From the NCBI GenBank assembly GCA_976551045.1, contig CDPCPM010000073.1, forward strand, positions 31,620,001-31,684,000: 64,000 nt of DNA. Reading direction: 5' to 3'. The notes beneath the pieces were generated by a model. The model had not been told where the DNA came from and did not search any database. It worked only from the letters and a program-made list of their open reading frames with translations. This stretch comes from Glaucostegus cemiculus. Its lineage: Eukaryota. The position numbers were made by a program, and so were the translations under genes. Of the stretch, positions 11,814 through 24,987 are shown one piece after another (positions within the stretch are counted from its first letter, which is position 1; each line of letters opens with the position of its first letter).

Positions 11814-11927
11814 CTTATTCAAATTGGGCTGCAGAAGGTGGAGCTGGTAGACAATCAAACAAAGTTTGTTCAGATTAATGTAGAAGTTGGCAAAGACGTC
11901 ACCAGGAAGAGATGGCGTGAACATTTT
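11814..11927 (-). CDS. ROGDI: ROGDI exon 8 ([38 protein letters not shown])
   Basis: 114 nt, tag / gtgata. Confidence 0.96.
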
Positions 11928-12404
11928 CTAAGAGAGAATTAAGGTAGTTAGTTACTAAAGTAATACACAAATAAACAGAGATAAAAGTTGAAATTCTTTA
12001 AAAACTTAATAATTAGTGAATTTTTGTTTACCATTAGCAAGATATTATAAGACACTGAGATATTCTGACCAAAATGACAAGGAAACAAAGAAACATAAGT
12101 ATATATATTTGTGAGGATTATACAATATGTGTACATGCTTCAACCAATGCAAGGTGGAGAGTCCAGTATTGATTTCAAATGCAAAATTATGCCCACAACC
12201 TTTCTCTTAAGCTTTTTTTTTAAAAAGACAAGTTTAACATCCCCACTATCACTAAATTTCCAATTTAAAACTGGAGTAGTTGACGGTGAAAGTAGATGTA
12301 GGAGGGGTGTTAATAGAAGAAAGAGTAGATAGGTATTTGGGCGACATGGAGGAGGGGGTAGGCAGGAAATTGGATGGAGAGAGTGTGAGAATCATACAGG
12401 CCCA

Positions 12405-12975
12405 GCTTGTGCATCATGCCATATCATAGTAAATCTCCTCTGCACCCACTCCCCCAGTGTCACATCTTGCCTACCTTGATGACCAGTATTTCAGCTGAGG
12501 TCTGACAAGGTTTTATAAAAGCAGAGCATAAACTCCCCAGTTCTGTATTTAATACCCAACTAATGAAGGCCAGTATCCTGTATGCGTTCCTAACCACGCT
12601 GACTACCAGCCCTGAATCCCATGGGCCCTAACCTACTAGAGTCATACAGCACTGAAGTAGGCCCTTCAATCCAACCTGTTCAAGTGATCAAGATGCCCAT
12701 CAACGCTAATCCCATTTTCCTGCATTTGCCCTACACCTCTCTATTCCCTTCCTATCCATGCACCTATCTCCCATGTGGGACCTTGTCAAAGGCTTTACTA
12801 AAATTCATACAAATCACATCTACTGCCTTGCCCTCATCAATACACTTTGTTATCTCTTCAAAGAAATCAATCAAATTGGTCAGGCAGGATCTGCCCTTGA
12901 CAAAGCTATGTTGGCTGTCTCTGATTAGTCCCCGTCTTTTGAAATGATCATTAATTCACTCGCTCAGGAATTCTT
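12405..12975 (-). mobile_element. CR1 LINE fragments (two or more pieces)
   Basis: Antisense CR1 RT motifs (accttgtcaaaggctttactaaaattcatac; tcaaattggtcaggcaggatctgccc) and a 3' end starting near 12637. Confidence 0.7.
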
Positions 12976-13061
12976 TTTCGGGGGGGGGGGGGTGGGGGGA
13001 GAGGGAGGGCAGATGGGGGCAGGCAGAAGGGGCGGGGTGGGCGAGACAGACAGACAGACAT

Positions 13062-13358
13062 GGCAGATATGGTAGCGTAGCGGTTAGCATAACACTATTA
13101 CAGTGCTAGCGACCTGGGTTCAACTCCAGCCACTGTCTGTAAGGAGTTTGTATGTTCTCACTGTGTCTGCGTGGGTTTCCTCCGGGTGCTCCAGTTTCCT
13201 CCCACAATCCAAAGATGTACGGGTTAGGAAGTTAGGAAGTGCCATATTGGCACTGGAACTGTGGCAAAACCTGCGGGCTGCCCCCAGAACACTCTATGCA
13301 AAAGATGCATTTCACTGTGTGTTTTGATGTACATGTGACTAATAAAGAAATCTTATCT
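13062..13358 (+). mobile_element. V-SINE subfamily B
   Basis: tggtagcgtagcggttagc...gggttcaactcc, V-domain, tail gcatttcactgtgtgttttgatgtacatgtgactaataaagaaatcttatct. Confidence 0.85.
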
Positions 13359-13407
13359 GTGGGGGAGGGGGAGAGGAAATAGTCAAATCACAAAGGAGGA
13401 TACATAC

Positions 13408-13506
13408 CATTAAACTGCTTGAGGCTACTTCCGGGAGTGTCATAGCTGCAGGTGTAGTGAGTCTATTGCGAGCACGGGTTAGCTGCAACATTACTGCATC
13501 CATGAG
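13408..13506 (-). CDS. ROGDI: ROGDI exon 7 ([33 protein letters not shown])
   Basis: 99 nt, aag / gtatgt. Confidence 0.96.
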
Positions 13507-14809
13507 CTTAAAAAGAAAACATCTTTGTTTTATCAAGTTCAGCCTGATTTGAGAATTGATTAGTTTTCATTTATATAATCTTTTGGATGAATTAAATACA
13601 ATGCTACCATCACTGTATTGACAATAGGGGAACAACTATCCATCTTCTACACAGATACTGATCTTCATTGTTAAGCTGACTGCTGTGCTTCTGCAGCAAA
13701 GCCCCTATTTTTCTGTATTCTTTCTATGCATGAGGAATATGAGTGGATACTTCAGAAAGGTTCATATGAAAAGATCAACACTGTCCCAAGAGAGACAGAC
13801 TAGATAGCTCACAAGCAAGTCAGCATTGCCTCACAAGTAGAAGTGAATTGAGTAACTTGTCATAGGCTGGATACAATATGAAACAACTTTCAACTGAAAG
13901 AAAAACAAATTTAAATATTTTCAAGTCAAAACACTTTCTGCTTGTCATCCTGATACACCTCTGATTATGTAAATCATTCCACAAATACAACTTAGATCAC
14001 TAGAAGCTATATTTTACAGGAATCTTCAGAAGCAGGCAAGCAGGAATTTTGTAATCAGGGCGGTAGACAAGTAAAGCGAGTTTCCTATAAAAACTACATT
14101 TCCTCTCTATTCTGTACTTCTGAAAGCTCCAACTCATTGCTGAGGTAATAAGTTTATGTATCACAGGCAACCTCCAGGAGGCTATGCTTAAGGCCAGATA
14201 CCATGAGTAGGAGACTGCTTGAACATTTGAAGGATAACACCAAGCTACTGCCCGCCTCCAATCTGTACTGCCCAAGGTTGGTCACTGGAACGTGACCTGA
14301 GGCAGTAAACTTGACCCAAGTGTGACGTTCCCACTGCCAAACTAGCAGAGATCTCAGAAAAGACTAAGGAATGGAACCTAATCCGGACAGGATACATTTG
14401 CTGAACAACTAAAAGAGTTTCCTTTATCACTGTTAAAACTGTGCAAAGCTGGCCTGGAAGTCGGAGCAGAGACCTTGTATTGGAAAACAGTGTTATTGCT
14501 TTGAATCACTTCAGAGGATGGGGGGGGGGGGGTGTGGGGGGGGGACGTGGAAGGACTAGTGTGTGAGTGCAGATCTGTGGCAAGCAAAAGCATCCTCTAT
14601 CCTCACTCCTCTGACATTGCTAGAAGGTTATTTTTTGCTCCCTATACAGACTACTTGCAGACTGAAGGTACTGCATGTAATTAAATAATCAAAGGCTATT
14701 ACTTATTCAAAAGAGACACAGCTTTTAAAAGTACATTAATTAACAACTAATTGAAACATTATTAATTAGAGGATATTTAATGTTAAAGAATCATTGAAAT
14801 CTGACTGAC

Positions 14810-14905
14810 CTTGTTGACCTCTGCCCCACTCTTAAACTGGTAAGTTTGATCTCTGCTGTTTAGTAGATATAGAGCTTGACCTACATGATTCCTGGCATCC
14901 TGAAT
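14810..14905 (-). CDS. ROGDI: ROGDI exon 6 ([32 protein letters not shown])
   Basis: 96 nt, cag / gtcagt. Confidence 0.96.
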
Positions 14906-15361
14906 CTGTGAAGATGGAAAGGGAAGTGTAATAAAAAGAACTGAAGGATTCTAAGTCACACTGTGAGGTAGGCAGGGGAAGAGGAGAGAATGAGATAAAT
15001 AAACAAGCATGAGTAACATTAACATACAATCGGGAATGATTTTACAAGTCAACAAGAATGTAAAACAAACAGAACAAAGGAGAAGGTTTCAGCTCATTAA
15101 TCACAATGATCCATACTACTGTAAAATACCATTGCTGATGAGCCAAAAACGTGTCCACGTTGACCAGATGTTAGTTATACTCAGCTTCACACACTTGGAT
15201 CCATTTATTTCAATGTAACTAAACATGCAGAGCTGTGGACAGCCCACTACCAATGTTCCCACAGGCAAATTTCTCCACCTGGGATCCTAACACTACATCT
15301 TCTTAAAGCATCTAGTTTGTTTTCATTTCCTTTCTTCTAGCAATTGGAAATAATCAATGAG

Positions 15362-15514
15362 AAGGACAGTAGAATTTTCAGGTTGAGACCCAAGGGTCTC
15401 GTCCTAAAATGTCAACTCTACATTTCCCTCCGCAGATGCTACCTGACCCACTGAGTTCCTCCAGCAGCTTGATTTTTGCTCAGATTCCAGCATCTGCAGT
15501 CTCTCGTATCTCCC
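15362..15514 (+). mobile_element. Penelope-LTR-derived repeat with head-to-head junction
   Basis: gagaccc-aa-gggtctc palindrome, then cagatgctacctgacccactgagttcctccagc...agattccagcatctgcagtc. Confidence 0.65.
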
Positions 15515-16131
15515 TGAAACAGTTAGCTAGCTATTACTCAATAAACCTGGACAAAGTTTAGAACAATGGCCTACTATCTGCCATTGCCTCCAAACAACAT
15601 TCCAGTGAAGTATGAACAACTCCACCCCACAAAGGTTAGATATTGGACAATTACTGACTTTTCATCAGAACCCAAACTAGAAAGATTAACAATACATCCT
15701 TCTCCACAAGTGATGGCTGATATGCAGAGTTTTCATTTTTATTTATAATACACATTTCCAGTGCCCACAGTATTTTTATTATTTTTCTTAATGGAGTACA
15801 ATTTCCCCAACAAGGATTGGTAGTTAATGCCCCATCTGTAAATTCTACACTGTCTCTGAATTCTTTTTCTGCATTTGTATCTAAAGAGTTGGGTTAAGTA
15901 TAGGAAACATATGCACCAAGGGGAATAAAAAAAAATCAATTATAGGAGATTGTTACTGAGCTCTAATGTTTAACAGTTATATGGTAAACATTAAGTGAAG
16001 CAAAAGTAAACCTTGTCCAACCATGGTCATTGCACAAATATCCTGCTGCCAATACTTTTGTCACAAAGACCAAGGCAGTTTAATTTAAAAAAATAAACAC
16101 CCATGTCCAATGAAAGAAGAAACCTTTTTAC

Positions 16132-16212
16132 CTGCTGCATTTTCCACTGTTTGTCCTCCCTAAAGGTACAATGCAGAACCTGGTTGTGTTTAGGCAGCCT
16201 CAGGTTAATATC
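16132..16212 (-). CDS. ROGDI: ROGDI exon 5 (DINLRLPKHNQVLHCTFREDKQWKMQQ)
   Basis: 81 nt, tag / gtaaaa. Confidence 0.95.
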
Positions 16213-16369
16213 CTATTTTAGAGAACAAATCTTCAATTAAAATTCATATGTAACCTCTTGGATATAACTATTGCTAAGACATGGTAGAACTCTTTATATT
16301 GACATAATAAGTAGTTGTGAAATGAGTATTTTGCTCATTAAATGTAAGATTTTTAAATAACTAGCCTTG

Positions 16370-16900
16370 TGCATCAGAACTGGCCAGGTCTAATGCAAAG
16401 TTAACTCAGTTTTTCCTCTCCTGATCTGCTAGGCATTTCCAACATCCCTTTTTATTTTAGATTTCTGACAACTGCTTTGTGTTATAACTCAGTTTCAGCT
16501 TTTGTGTTTTCTCTCTACTCTGCTCTCATTCATCTTCTTGATTTACATCCCTGCCAGAGAGATCCACTGCAGCTATCAAGCCTTCACCATCCTCTCAGTC
16601 AATGCAAATACATTGATGTGAAATGTTAACTCCCTTTCTACACCTCTGCCTGACCTGCTGAGTATCTCCAAAAGGTTCTGTTTTTTATTTCCAGGTTAAT
16701 GAAAGCTAGCTTCAGCGAGGTAAATAAAAGGCACTGTGATTATTTGGATGTTGTGTTAAACCAAGGTACTACCTACTTTGATGCAGGGTTTTGACCCATA
16801 ACATCCCCCCTACACCCCTATAGATTCTGTGTGACCCACTGAATTCCCCCAGTACATTGTTTGTTGCTCCAGATTTGAGCATCTGCAATCTCTCGTTTTT
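16370..16900 (+). mobile_element. Cluster of three degenerate Penelope-LTR-derived repeats
   Basis: Variants of gttaact...cctgacctgctgag...ttcc at ~16400, ~16620 and ~16780 (tgatgcagggttttgaccc). Confidence 0.5.
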
Positions 16901-17866
16901 TTCCTGCCTACATTTGCAAGAGAAGATTTAAGATCCTGGCTTATTATCTCAAAGAGAAGCAGAGGAATTATTTTTATTGTCCTGACCAATAATAACCTCT
17001 TCTTTTTTGACTAATTTTCACATATATATTTATAGAAGCCTACACGAACCCCACACTACTACAGTGACCACACTTTAAATGAGTACACTGTTGATTGTGA
17101 AGTATTTTGGGATATGTTGAGACCTTAAAAGAAGCTTTATAAAAATCTTTTGTTGATCCCTCCCTTCTTGAAATTACTCCCTCAGGTACTTGGGCATTTA
17201 TGGTGCTAAACACTGGAGGTCCAAAGTTCCACACCACTGCACCAATTCTCTTTTTTTAAAAGAAGTACATTGTTTTTGAAAAGAGGAGCTGAAATCCACT
17301 TCTGGTTTCAATTACACATTAGTTAACACAACTATGGTTTTAAAGGTCAAAGGGAATGCAGAACTGAAACATTTAAAAATACGGTATTTGGATTGCACAT
17401 GCATAGAAATGAAATCATAACCATAGCCTTTAGACTTCAAAGGTTATATTGCCATTTGGATCTTGAAAATGTATCACATCAACTAATAATGGTACATGAA
17501 CTGAGTTGTTAATTTAATAAAGAACCTGCCGCTGGCCATTGTTTGAGAGTAGATGGGGAAAGAGTTCTTTTTACTTGGTCCCCAGCTGCATTATACTCAT
17601 GATGCCAGCTTTGCCTGATCAGCACCAGAGAAAAGATTCAAATTTAACATGATGCGTAAATTTTCACAACCAGGAAGACTCAGCACTGAAATACCAAAGG
17701 ACTGGATTGCTAGATATACACGTGATTATATGATTATATGCAAGTGATGTGATTTTATTTTATATTAACAGGAAATATATTTGCAATCACTCAAAAGAGT
17801 GATTACAAATACATCTATTTAGCCACGTGGCTCACATATTTCCATCTTTATGCAATTTGTACTCAC

Positions 17867-17921
17867 CGCTTGAGTCAACGCATCTCCTTGTAACGTCAGG
17901 ACACCCTTCACCTGATCTGTG
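17867..17921 (-). CDS. ROGDI: ROGDI exon 4 (TDQVKGVLTLQGDALTQA)
   Basis: 55 nt, cag / gtgagt. Confidence 0.96.
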
Positions 17922-19001
17922 CTGGATAAGAAAACCAATCTGAGAAAATACTCATTTCATGATTTATAACATCATTTCTATTTGTTCCATGAAAAAGCCA
18001 TCAATATGTATTCTCTATAACGAATGAGGGATAAAAAGAGATCACATATGTAATGTGATCTTTTATGATTTTAATTAACAGTTAATAGAATGATAAATAA
18101 GATTATTTAATTATGTGTCATACTCTTCTGGAGTAAAAACATTGTACATTGCTCATTTCCCTCTTTCCTTGATACCTCTGGCTATTATCTTTCACAAGGG
18201 TTGAAAAATTAAATTGAAAGGGATGCTTCACAGAATCATATTTGCCTGTCTACTTGCTATACCATGAACCTAACTAATTATTCATAAAATCTGGAACTCA
18301 GCCAAAATTAAAAAGCTTTTTGCTTCATTTCCAGACAACAGGTAACTTGGATTAATTTCATTTTTCTTTGTATCAAGATAGCAGACCAATTAGCTTCTCC
18401 TAAAAGCTTGCTGTTCCAACAAGATCACGTCTACTAAGTAATAAATGAACCTGAAATGATCAAGAGGTTTTTAGTGAAATGCTTTTAATATAAGTATGAA
18501 AACTAGGAATGTACATAACCAGACACCATCATTCCAGTTCATCAGGCCACCCCATCTCTTACATCAATTGTACAGGTCACAACCTTCATTACTCAATATT
18601 TTCTTGAGACAATATTCCTCTTAGAATCAAATACCATCCTGGGAAGGACATTTTATTTCACGAAAGTTAGTTGGGAGCAGGAGTGTAGTCCAAGAATTTA
18701 ATAAAGTGCAACACATGAAAGATTAAAGCCTCCAGGTAATTATTTCAAAGCAGGTCAAGATACAAAGAAAATAAATGAGCTAGGTGATGTCTTTTAGCCA
18801 TATATTAGACATTATTCAATGCTTTACAAATGTGATTAAGGAACATGTAATTTTCAGATACCTTGGTTACATTCAGAAATGAACAAGGTTAGTCAAGATG
18901 CTGAAAGGCTCACAAGACATCCAAATGAGAAAAACTGCAAAGCAGTGTGTTCAGTGCAACAATGCAATTAAGTACAGCATAAACTGAGGACAACTGCTTA
19001 C

Positions 19002-19084
19002 GCTGAGCTTCCCAGTTTGAAGTTCTCCTGTCGGGATTGACATTCAGATCCGGAAGGTGACAGAGTAAAGCGGCGGGAGGCCTC
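19002..19084 (-). CDS. ROGDI: ROGDI exon 3 (EASRRFTLSPSGSECQSRQENFKLGSSA)
   Basis: 83 nt, cag / gtaagc; phase 2 matches exon 4. Confidence 0.94.
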
Positions 19085-20068
19085 CTGTACAAGAGGAGCC
19101 TGTCATTAGTCAAGAAGGCAGCGAACCAAGTACTTTGTTAAGCAGCAACATTATGCTTAGACATTGAGGTTGGGTTAATTAGTTAAAACTGATTCCGTCC
19201 TAATTATGGGATTAAATTGATAAAATCGTCTTGACTTTGCACTGAAAAAAAAATCACCTCTCAAGTTTAATCTGGAACTGATGGCACAAATAGTATTGCA
19301 TAAATTATGGAGCAACTATGCTGTACAGGACGTGTCAATGTATGCTGTTCAATATGTACAATCGCAATTTGACACAGAGTTTGGGATTTGATCAATGCTC
19401 TCTTGGACTGTTTCTGTAACAAATTAGTGAAAGGAATGTTCCAATTAGACTGGAACATCAATGTGGTTGAAGCATACCCGTGCTGCAAAAATGCATTTCA
19501 GTACAGATGCATGGAGAGAAAATGCCTAGCTAACAATGACAGTAAGAAACCTAGGTTGCAGAACAAGAATGGAAAGTCCAGACATATGTTTGCAGAGTTA
19601 TTACCATGTTAGATTAAATGTCATTTCCAATAAATAGTCAGAAACATTTGTTAATCTGGATGAATAATATATTGTGTGTTAGTTTGCCAGCACTGAGTTT
19701 CATAAAAGCACTTAATTGTATAAAGAGTTCCTTGAAGGATAAATCTGAAAGCAGATAAGTTCAGTGTTCATGGTACTTTGTTTAGGCCACACTGAAGAGC
19801 ATTGAAAATATTTCTTGTGTACGCTTTGTAGTAAGGACTCAAAAGGTATTGGAGGCAAGATTCGCTAGAATGCCAAGAAAACCATGCAGGCAATGTTTTT
19901 TTTGCTCTATGAGGCGAGAATTAATGATGACCTATTGAATTCATAAAGATTGTGACAGCACTTGAAAGACTGGAGGAAGAGAAAATGTTTCCACATGTAG
20001 GAACAGAATGTTGGGGCATAAGTACAAGAAAGCACTAAATTTCCTCTGCAAAGATCAATGCAAATTAC

Positions 20069-20140
20069 CTTAAGAATATCTTTCAGCTGTTTCAGGACAG
20101 CATGAACTTCTTCACGCAATAACCATTTAAATTCTTCTTC
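20069..20140 (-). CDS. ROGDI: ROGDI exon 2 (EEEFKWLLREEVHAVLKQLKDILK)
   Basis: 72 nt, cag / gtaatt. Confidence 0.96.
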
Positions 20141-21489
20141 CTGAAATATTCCAAAGAGCAAGTCATCCTTATCACCACCATAATTTGGGGTTAAGGGCGC
20201 CTTCATTTCAAGATAAGAAAGCAGTAATGACACTGAACACATAATTAAAATCATCAAACTACTACAATGCCCAACCTAATGATAAGTAAACACTTTTTAC
20301 ATTATAAATAGGTGATGATCAAAAATTAAGAACATCATACAATTTTATTCTTAGCATACAGCCATGGACATAGTGGGAAGTTCTGAATATTATAGATACT
20401 CAGCTCATCTGAATGATTTCCCACAATTAAAAAAAGCCATACACTTGAGCAAATTATGCATTAGAAATGAAGCATGCTTCATTATTATGCTCCTACGCCA
20501 AATGCAACAGACAACAATTTTATTTGTGACCCCTAGCTAGACACAGTCTAACTTTCAAATATTAATCCAGTTTCTAAAAAGATGCAATGATTTGTGACAG
20601 CAGCTCAAGTGTATATCCTGTATAAATAAAATTCCTTTAACTGCTTTTTTCTGTGGCCATTAATTCTTTTGGAGTTGAAATCTATTTACATATTCCCCAA
20701 TTCAGTTACTGCTCGTCCACCTCAAAAGTATAATTCCCAAACCCTCGCTGTTATCCTGCCATATCAAAGCTATGCACTCTGAGCTTTCCAGAGCTTTTGT
20801 GCAAATCTATGAGTACTACTTTATGACTCAATAAGTGGTGTGTCTACTGTAATGGTACAAAATACCAATTATGTTTACTACTTGCATGATTTAGTTATTC
20901 TTCAGACCCATTTGCTGATGCAGCTCAGTAGTCTATTTACAATTCATCTGATTGGGAGAAAAGGAACACATGGTTTTCCCAAGGCATTAAAAAAAGCATG
21001 GAAGGCAGACAGAGAGCCCACTGACAAATCACATTAGAAAAGGACAGACTTCCATAAAAATAAAATATAAACCAAAATGTTTACATTCAGCAACAATACA
21101 ATCAATCCCTTGATCAAATATTCATGTGAAGATCAAAAAGAGGGACTGATGTTATATTGTTGGATAAAATAGAAAGAACAAAGGAAGATTTTCTGTTGTT
21201 GACATGTTGCTTTAGAAGAGATAACCATCTCCAAACGCAGGTATCTTTGTTGATAAGTATGTTTGTTAACTTCAGAACTAAAGTGATTTTAATAGAGAAA
21301 GGGTGATGTAGACAAAGAAGCACTGAAATAGTGCCCAAAAGAACAAGGAGAAAGAAGTAAACACAGTGTGTATTATTTAACATAAAACCAGAAAATTATG
21401 GAAATATTCAGCAGGTCAGGCAGCAGTTGTGGAGGGAGAAACTGAGCTACTGTTTCATCAAAACCAGGAAAAGTTAGAAAACATAGTGG

Positions 21490-23290
21490 TAGACCATTGG
21501 CCTTTTCTGCTCTCTACCCAAACCCCTTGATGCATTTTATGTCCAGAAATCTAATTGTATTTTAAATATTTTCAGTGCTTTGGCTCCACAGGCTTGTGTA
21601 AGAGAATTTCACAGGTTCACCAACCTCAGTGAAGGTTTTCCTAATCTCAGTCCTAAATGTTTTAGCCCATATTCTTAGATTGTGACCCTTGATTCTAAAA
21701 TATTGCCCCCTAAAAGGGAAAACACCCACCCCGAATTAAATCTGTCAAGCCCTATCAGAATTTGTATATTTCAGTAAATTTCCACTCGATCTTCTAAACT
21801 CAATGGAATGCAGGCCTGGTTGACCAAACTGTATTCACATGACAGTTCCACCATCCCAGGAATCAGTCCAGCAAAGCTTTGTCGCACTCTCTCTCTCTAG
21901 CAAGTAAGGAGACCAAAACTGCAGACAATACTCCAGGTGTGGTAGCATCAAACACCAGTATAATTGTAGCAAGTCGTTATTAGTCCTCCACTCAAAACCT
22001 CTTGCAATAAAGACCCAAATAGCACTTGCCTTCTTAACAGCTTGATGCACTTGCATGTTTGCTTTCATGATTGCTTTCACGATTGGCAATACAAGGACTC
22101 CCAGATTCCCTTTTACATCAACATTTCCCAATCTATCATTATTTAAATAACACTTTGCCTTTCTGATTTTCCTATCAAAGTTGATAACTTCAAATCTGCT
22201 CATGTTATCATATCTGCCATGTATTTTCCCCACTCACTCAACTTGACTAGATTGCCTTGAAACCTCTTTGTATCCTCTTCACAACTCCACCCCAGTATTG
22301 TCTTGCTGATAAAATTAGAAATCTCTGGAAGTTCACTCATCCAAATCATTGACTTGTATTATGAATAGCTCAGCCCAAACACAGATCTTATTTATTCCTA
22401 GCCTCTGTTTCCTGTCAACCAATTTTCAATCCATGTCAGAATAATACCATCAATCCCACATAATTTAATTTTGCACACCAACCTCTTATGAGAGTCTTTA
22501 TCAAAAGGCTTTCAAAAAAACCAAGTGAACAACATCCACTGCCTCCCTTATCTGTTTTACCAGTTACATCCTCAAAAAAAATCCAGCAGGTTTGTCAAAC
22601 ACAATTTCCCTTTCATTATTCTATATCGAGTTTCTCTAATCTCATTGATATTTTCGAAGTCTCGTGTTTATAATGGACTTCAAGATTTTCTCTACCACTG
22701 GTGATAGGCTAACTGATCTGCAGCCACCCACTTTTCTGCCTTTTCTAAAATATCAGGGTTACACTTGCCACCCTCCAATCTTCAGGAACCATCCCTAATC
22801 TATAAACTTTTGAAAGATAACAACTAATACATCCACTATTTCAATAGCTACTGTACCTCTTAACACTCTAGGATGGAAATTATCAAGCCCTGTGGATTTA
22901 TTGGCTATCAGTTCAATTAATTTCTCCAACACTATATATTTTTTACTAATGGTAATTTCCTTTAATTCTTCCTTTGCATTAGACTCTCCATTCCTTAACA
23001 TATCTGTGAAGACACAACCAAACTATGTGTTTAATAAATCTTTATTCTGATTATAAATTAATTCCATTTCTCAATATTATGGACTCATGTTTATCTTCAC
23101 TACTTTTTTTTTTACCTTTCTACAATCCACTTTTCAAGTTCTTTGTAAATTTACTTTTTTTCACTCTTTCTGCTCTCTTAATCAGTCTGTCAGTCCCCTT
23201 TTGCTGAATTCTACACTGCTCCCAAACCTCAGCTTTGTTAATTTTTCTGGCAACTTTATATGATTTCTCATTGGATTTAATATTCCTTTT
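21490..23290 (-). mobile_element. CR1 LINE, degenerate ORF2 (RT region and C-terminus)
   Basis: Peptides ...NKSTGLDNFHPRVL...EIVDVLVVIFQK and ...PHLEYCLQFWSPYL; many stops and frameshifts. Confidence 0.85.
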
Positions 23291-23539
23291 CAATTGGGCA
23301 TAGTTTAAGTGGCTGATAAAAGAAGTGGAGAGAATAATGGGAATGTCTACGATACAAAGACCAACAGAAAATGAATGGCATTGACTGTTGCCAGCTGACA
23401 GAAGGTGGTGCAGGTTTGTTAAAGGCAGTTAAGCTACCTGGACGAAATGTAAATAGCGGATGAACACAGGAGAAAAACAAAGAAAAAGTGCAGGAACTGT
23501 GAAATATGGAGCACAGCAGCCACTGGAAGTCTTAAATGA

Positions 23540-24670
23540 GAGAATACTAGGAAAGCCCAATGAAAAAGGCAGCATCTGTGGAGAGAAAAAACTGGCCAAT
23601 CTGATGCAAAATGGAAAGGTTGGTGGTCTCAAATTATTGAATTCAGTGTCCAGTTACAAGGGCTGTAGTTTGCTCAGCTGAAAACTGAGATACTGTCATT
23701 AGATACTTGTGTTCAGTTTCATTGAAACTGCATAAGGATCCAAACACAAGGCCACAGCGTGAGCCCAAAAGAGAATTACAAGGCCAGGCAACTGGAAGCT
23801 CAGGTCACCCTTTCACAGAATGAATGGAGGTATTCAAAGTGGTCATCCAAGCTGAGTTTAGTCTTGAGGAGACCACATTGTAAGAATTCAATACTGCACG
23901 CTAAATTGGAAGTCCAAGTGAATTGCTGTGTCACCTGGAAGTGTTCGGGTCCTAGGATTGGAAGAAAGGGAAGAGATAAAGGGGCAGGTGTGGCACCTCC
24001 TGTAGTTCCAATATAGTGCCACTGAAACAGTGGGTATTGAGGAGATGAAAGAATGAACCAGAGAATCTGGAGGGACAATTCCCCTCAGGATACCAAAAAG
24101 GGACAGGAAGGGAAGATAGTCTAGTGGGGGTATCATGGCAAAGTTGGTGGAAATTAGAGGATTATCTATTGAACATGAAGGCTAGTGGGATGGAAGGGAA
24201 GGACATGGGGAACCCTATCCTTAAGTCCTGGTGGGAATAAAAGGGTATGTGAGCAAAAGTACAGAAAACAGAAGGGATGTGGTCAAGCATCTTGTCAACT
24301 GTGGTGGAGAGCAGAGTCAAGGTAAGTGAAAAGGAAGACATCTCAGAAGCACTGGTATGAATGTATCGTCATCATATGCAACAAACCTAGAGAAACTGGA
24401 AGAATGGAATGAAGTCCTTACAGGAAGCAGGGTGGGGGTCGCTGGACTCGTAAAGGGTATTGGTCACTAACCTTCAACACCCTCATTCTGCCAACACCAA
24501 ACTATATCATCTATTTTCTCTTGGTCTCTACCCGATCACAGACATTCCCTTTACTTTCTCCATCCTCTGGAAATTAAAATGATTTCTAATTTTTCTTTAT
24601 TCCAAAGCAAGTTCATAAACATGCTTCTCTCTCTCCACAGCTGCCAGCTGAACTGCATTTTTATTTTTCG
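23540..24670 (-). mobile_element. Penelope-like element remnant (GIY-YIG endonuclease region)
   Basis: Minus-strand GPEHFQVTQQFTWTSNLACSIEFLQCGLL..TKLSLDDHFEYLHS resembles the PLE motif FQVxQxFTC...CxxCGLLYIGET...RFxEHLxS; LTR-type motifs at both ends. Confidence 0.7.
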
Positions 24671-24987
24671 TATGAACTTTAAGCTTCTGCATTATTTGCT
24701 TTTATGACATGCATTATTTAGTCTATATTTCCATGATGAAAGCACATTTGTTGAAGGGTCATTTACCTTTGCTACAACACCCATTGCTTAGGTACATATA
24801 ACTAAAAATGTTATTTCCCAGCAAAAAATATAAGCTAATACTCAGAATATGCCTGCCAAGTGTTATCAAGTACACGTAAATCAAAAATGTCCTTCAACTA
24901 TAACTTTTCTGTACATCAGAGAAGCTTTGACGAATACTAATATATTTAATTCTTATGAATGGGTATCAAAACATTAACTATGTATCT

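Noticed and set aside
15134-15185. ctgatgagcc... possible hammerhead or C/D snoRNA box
   Set aside because: No stem II/GAAA, and no properly placed D box with terminal stem
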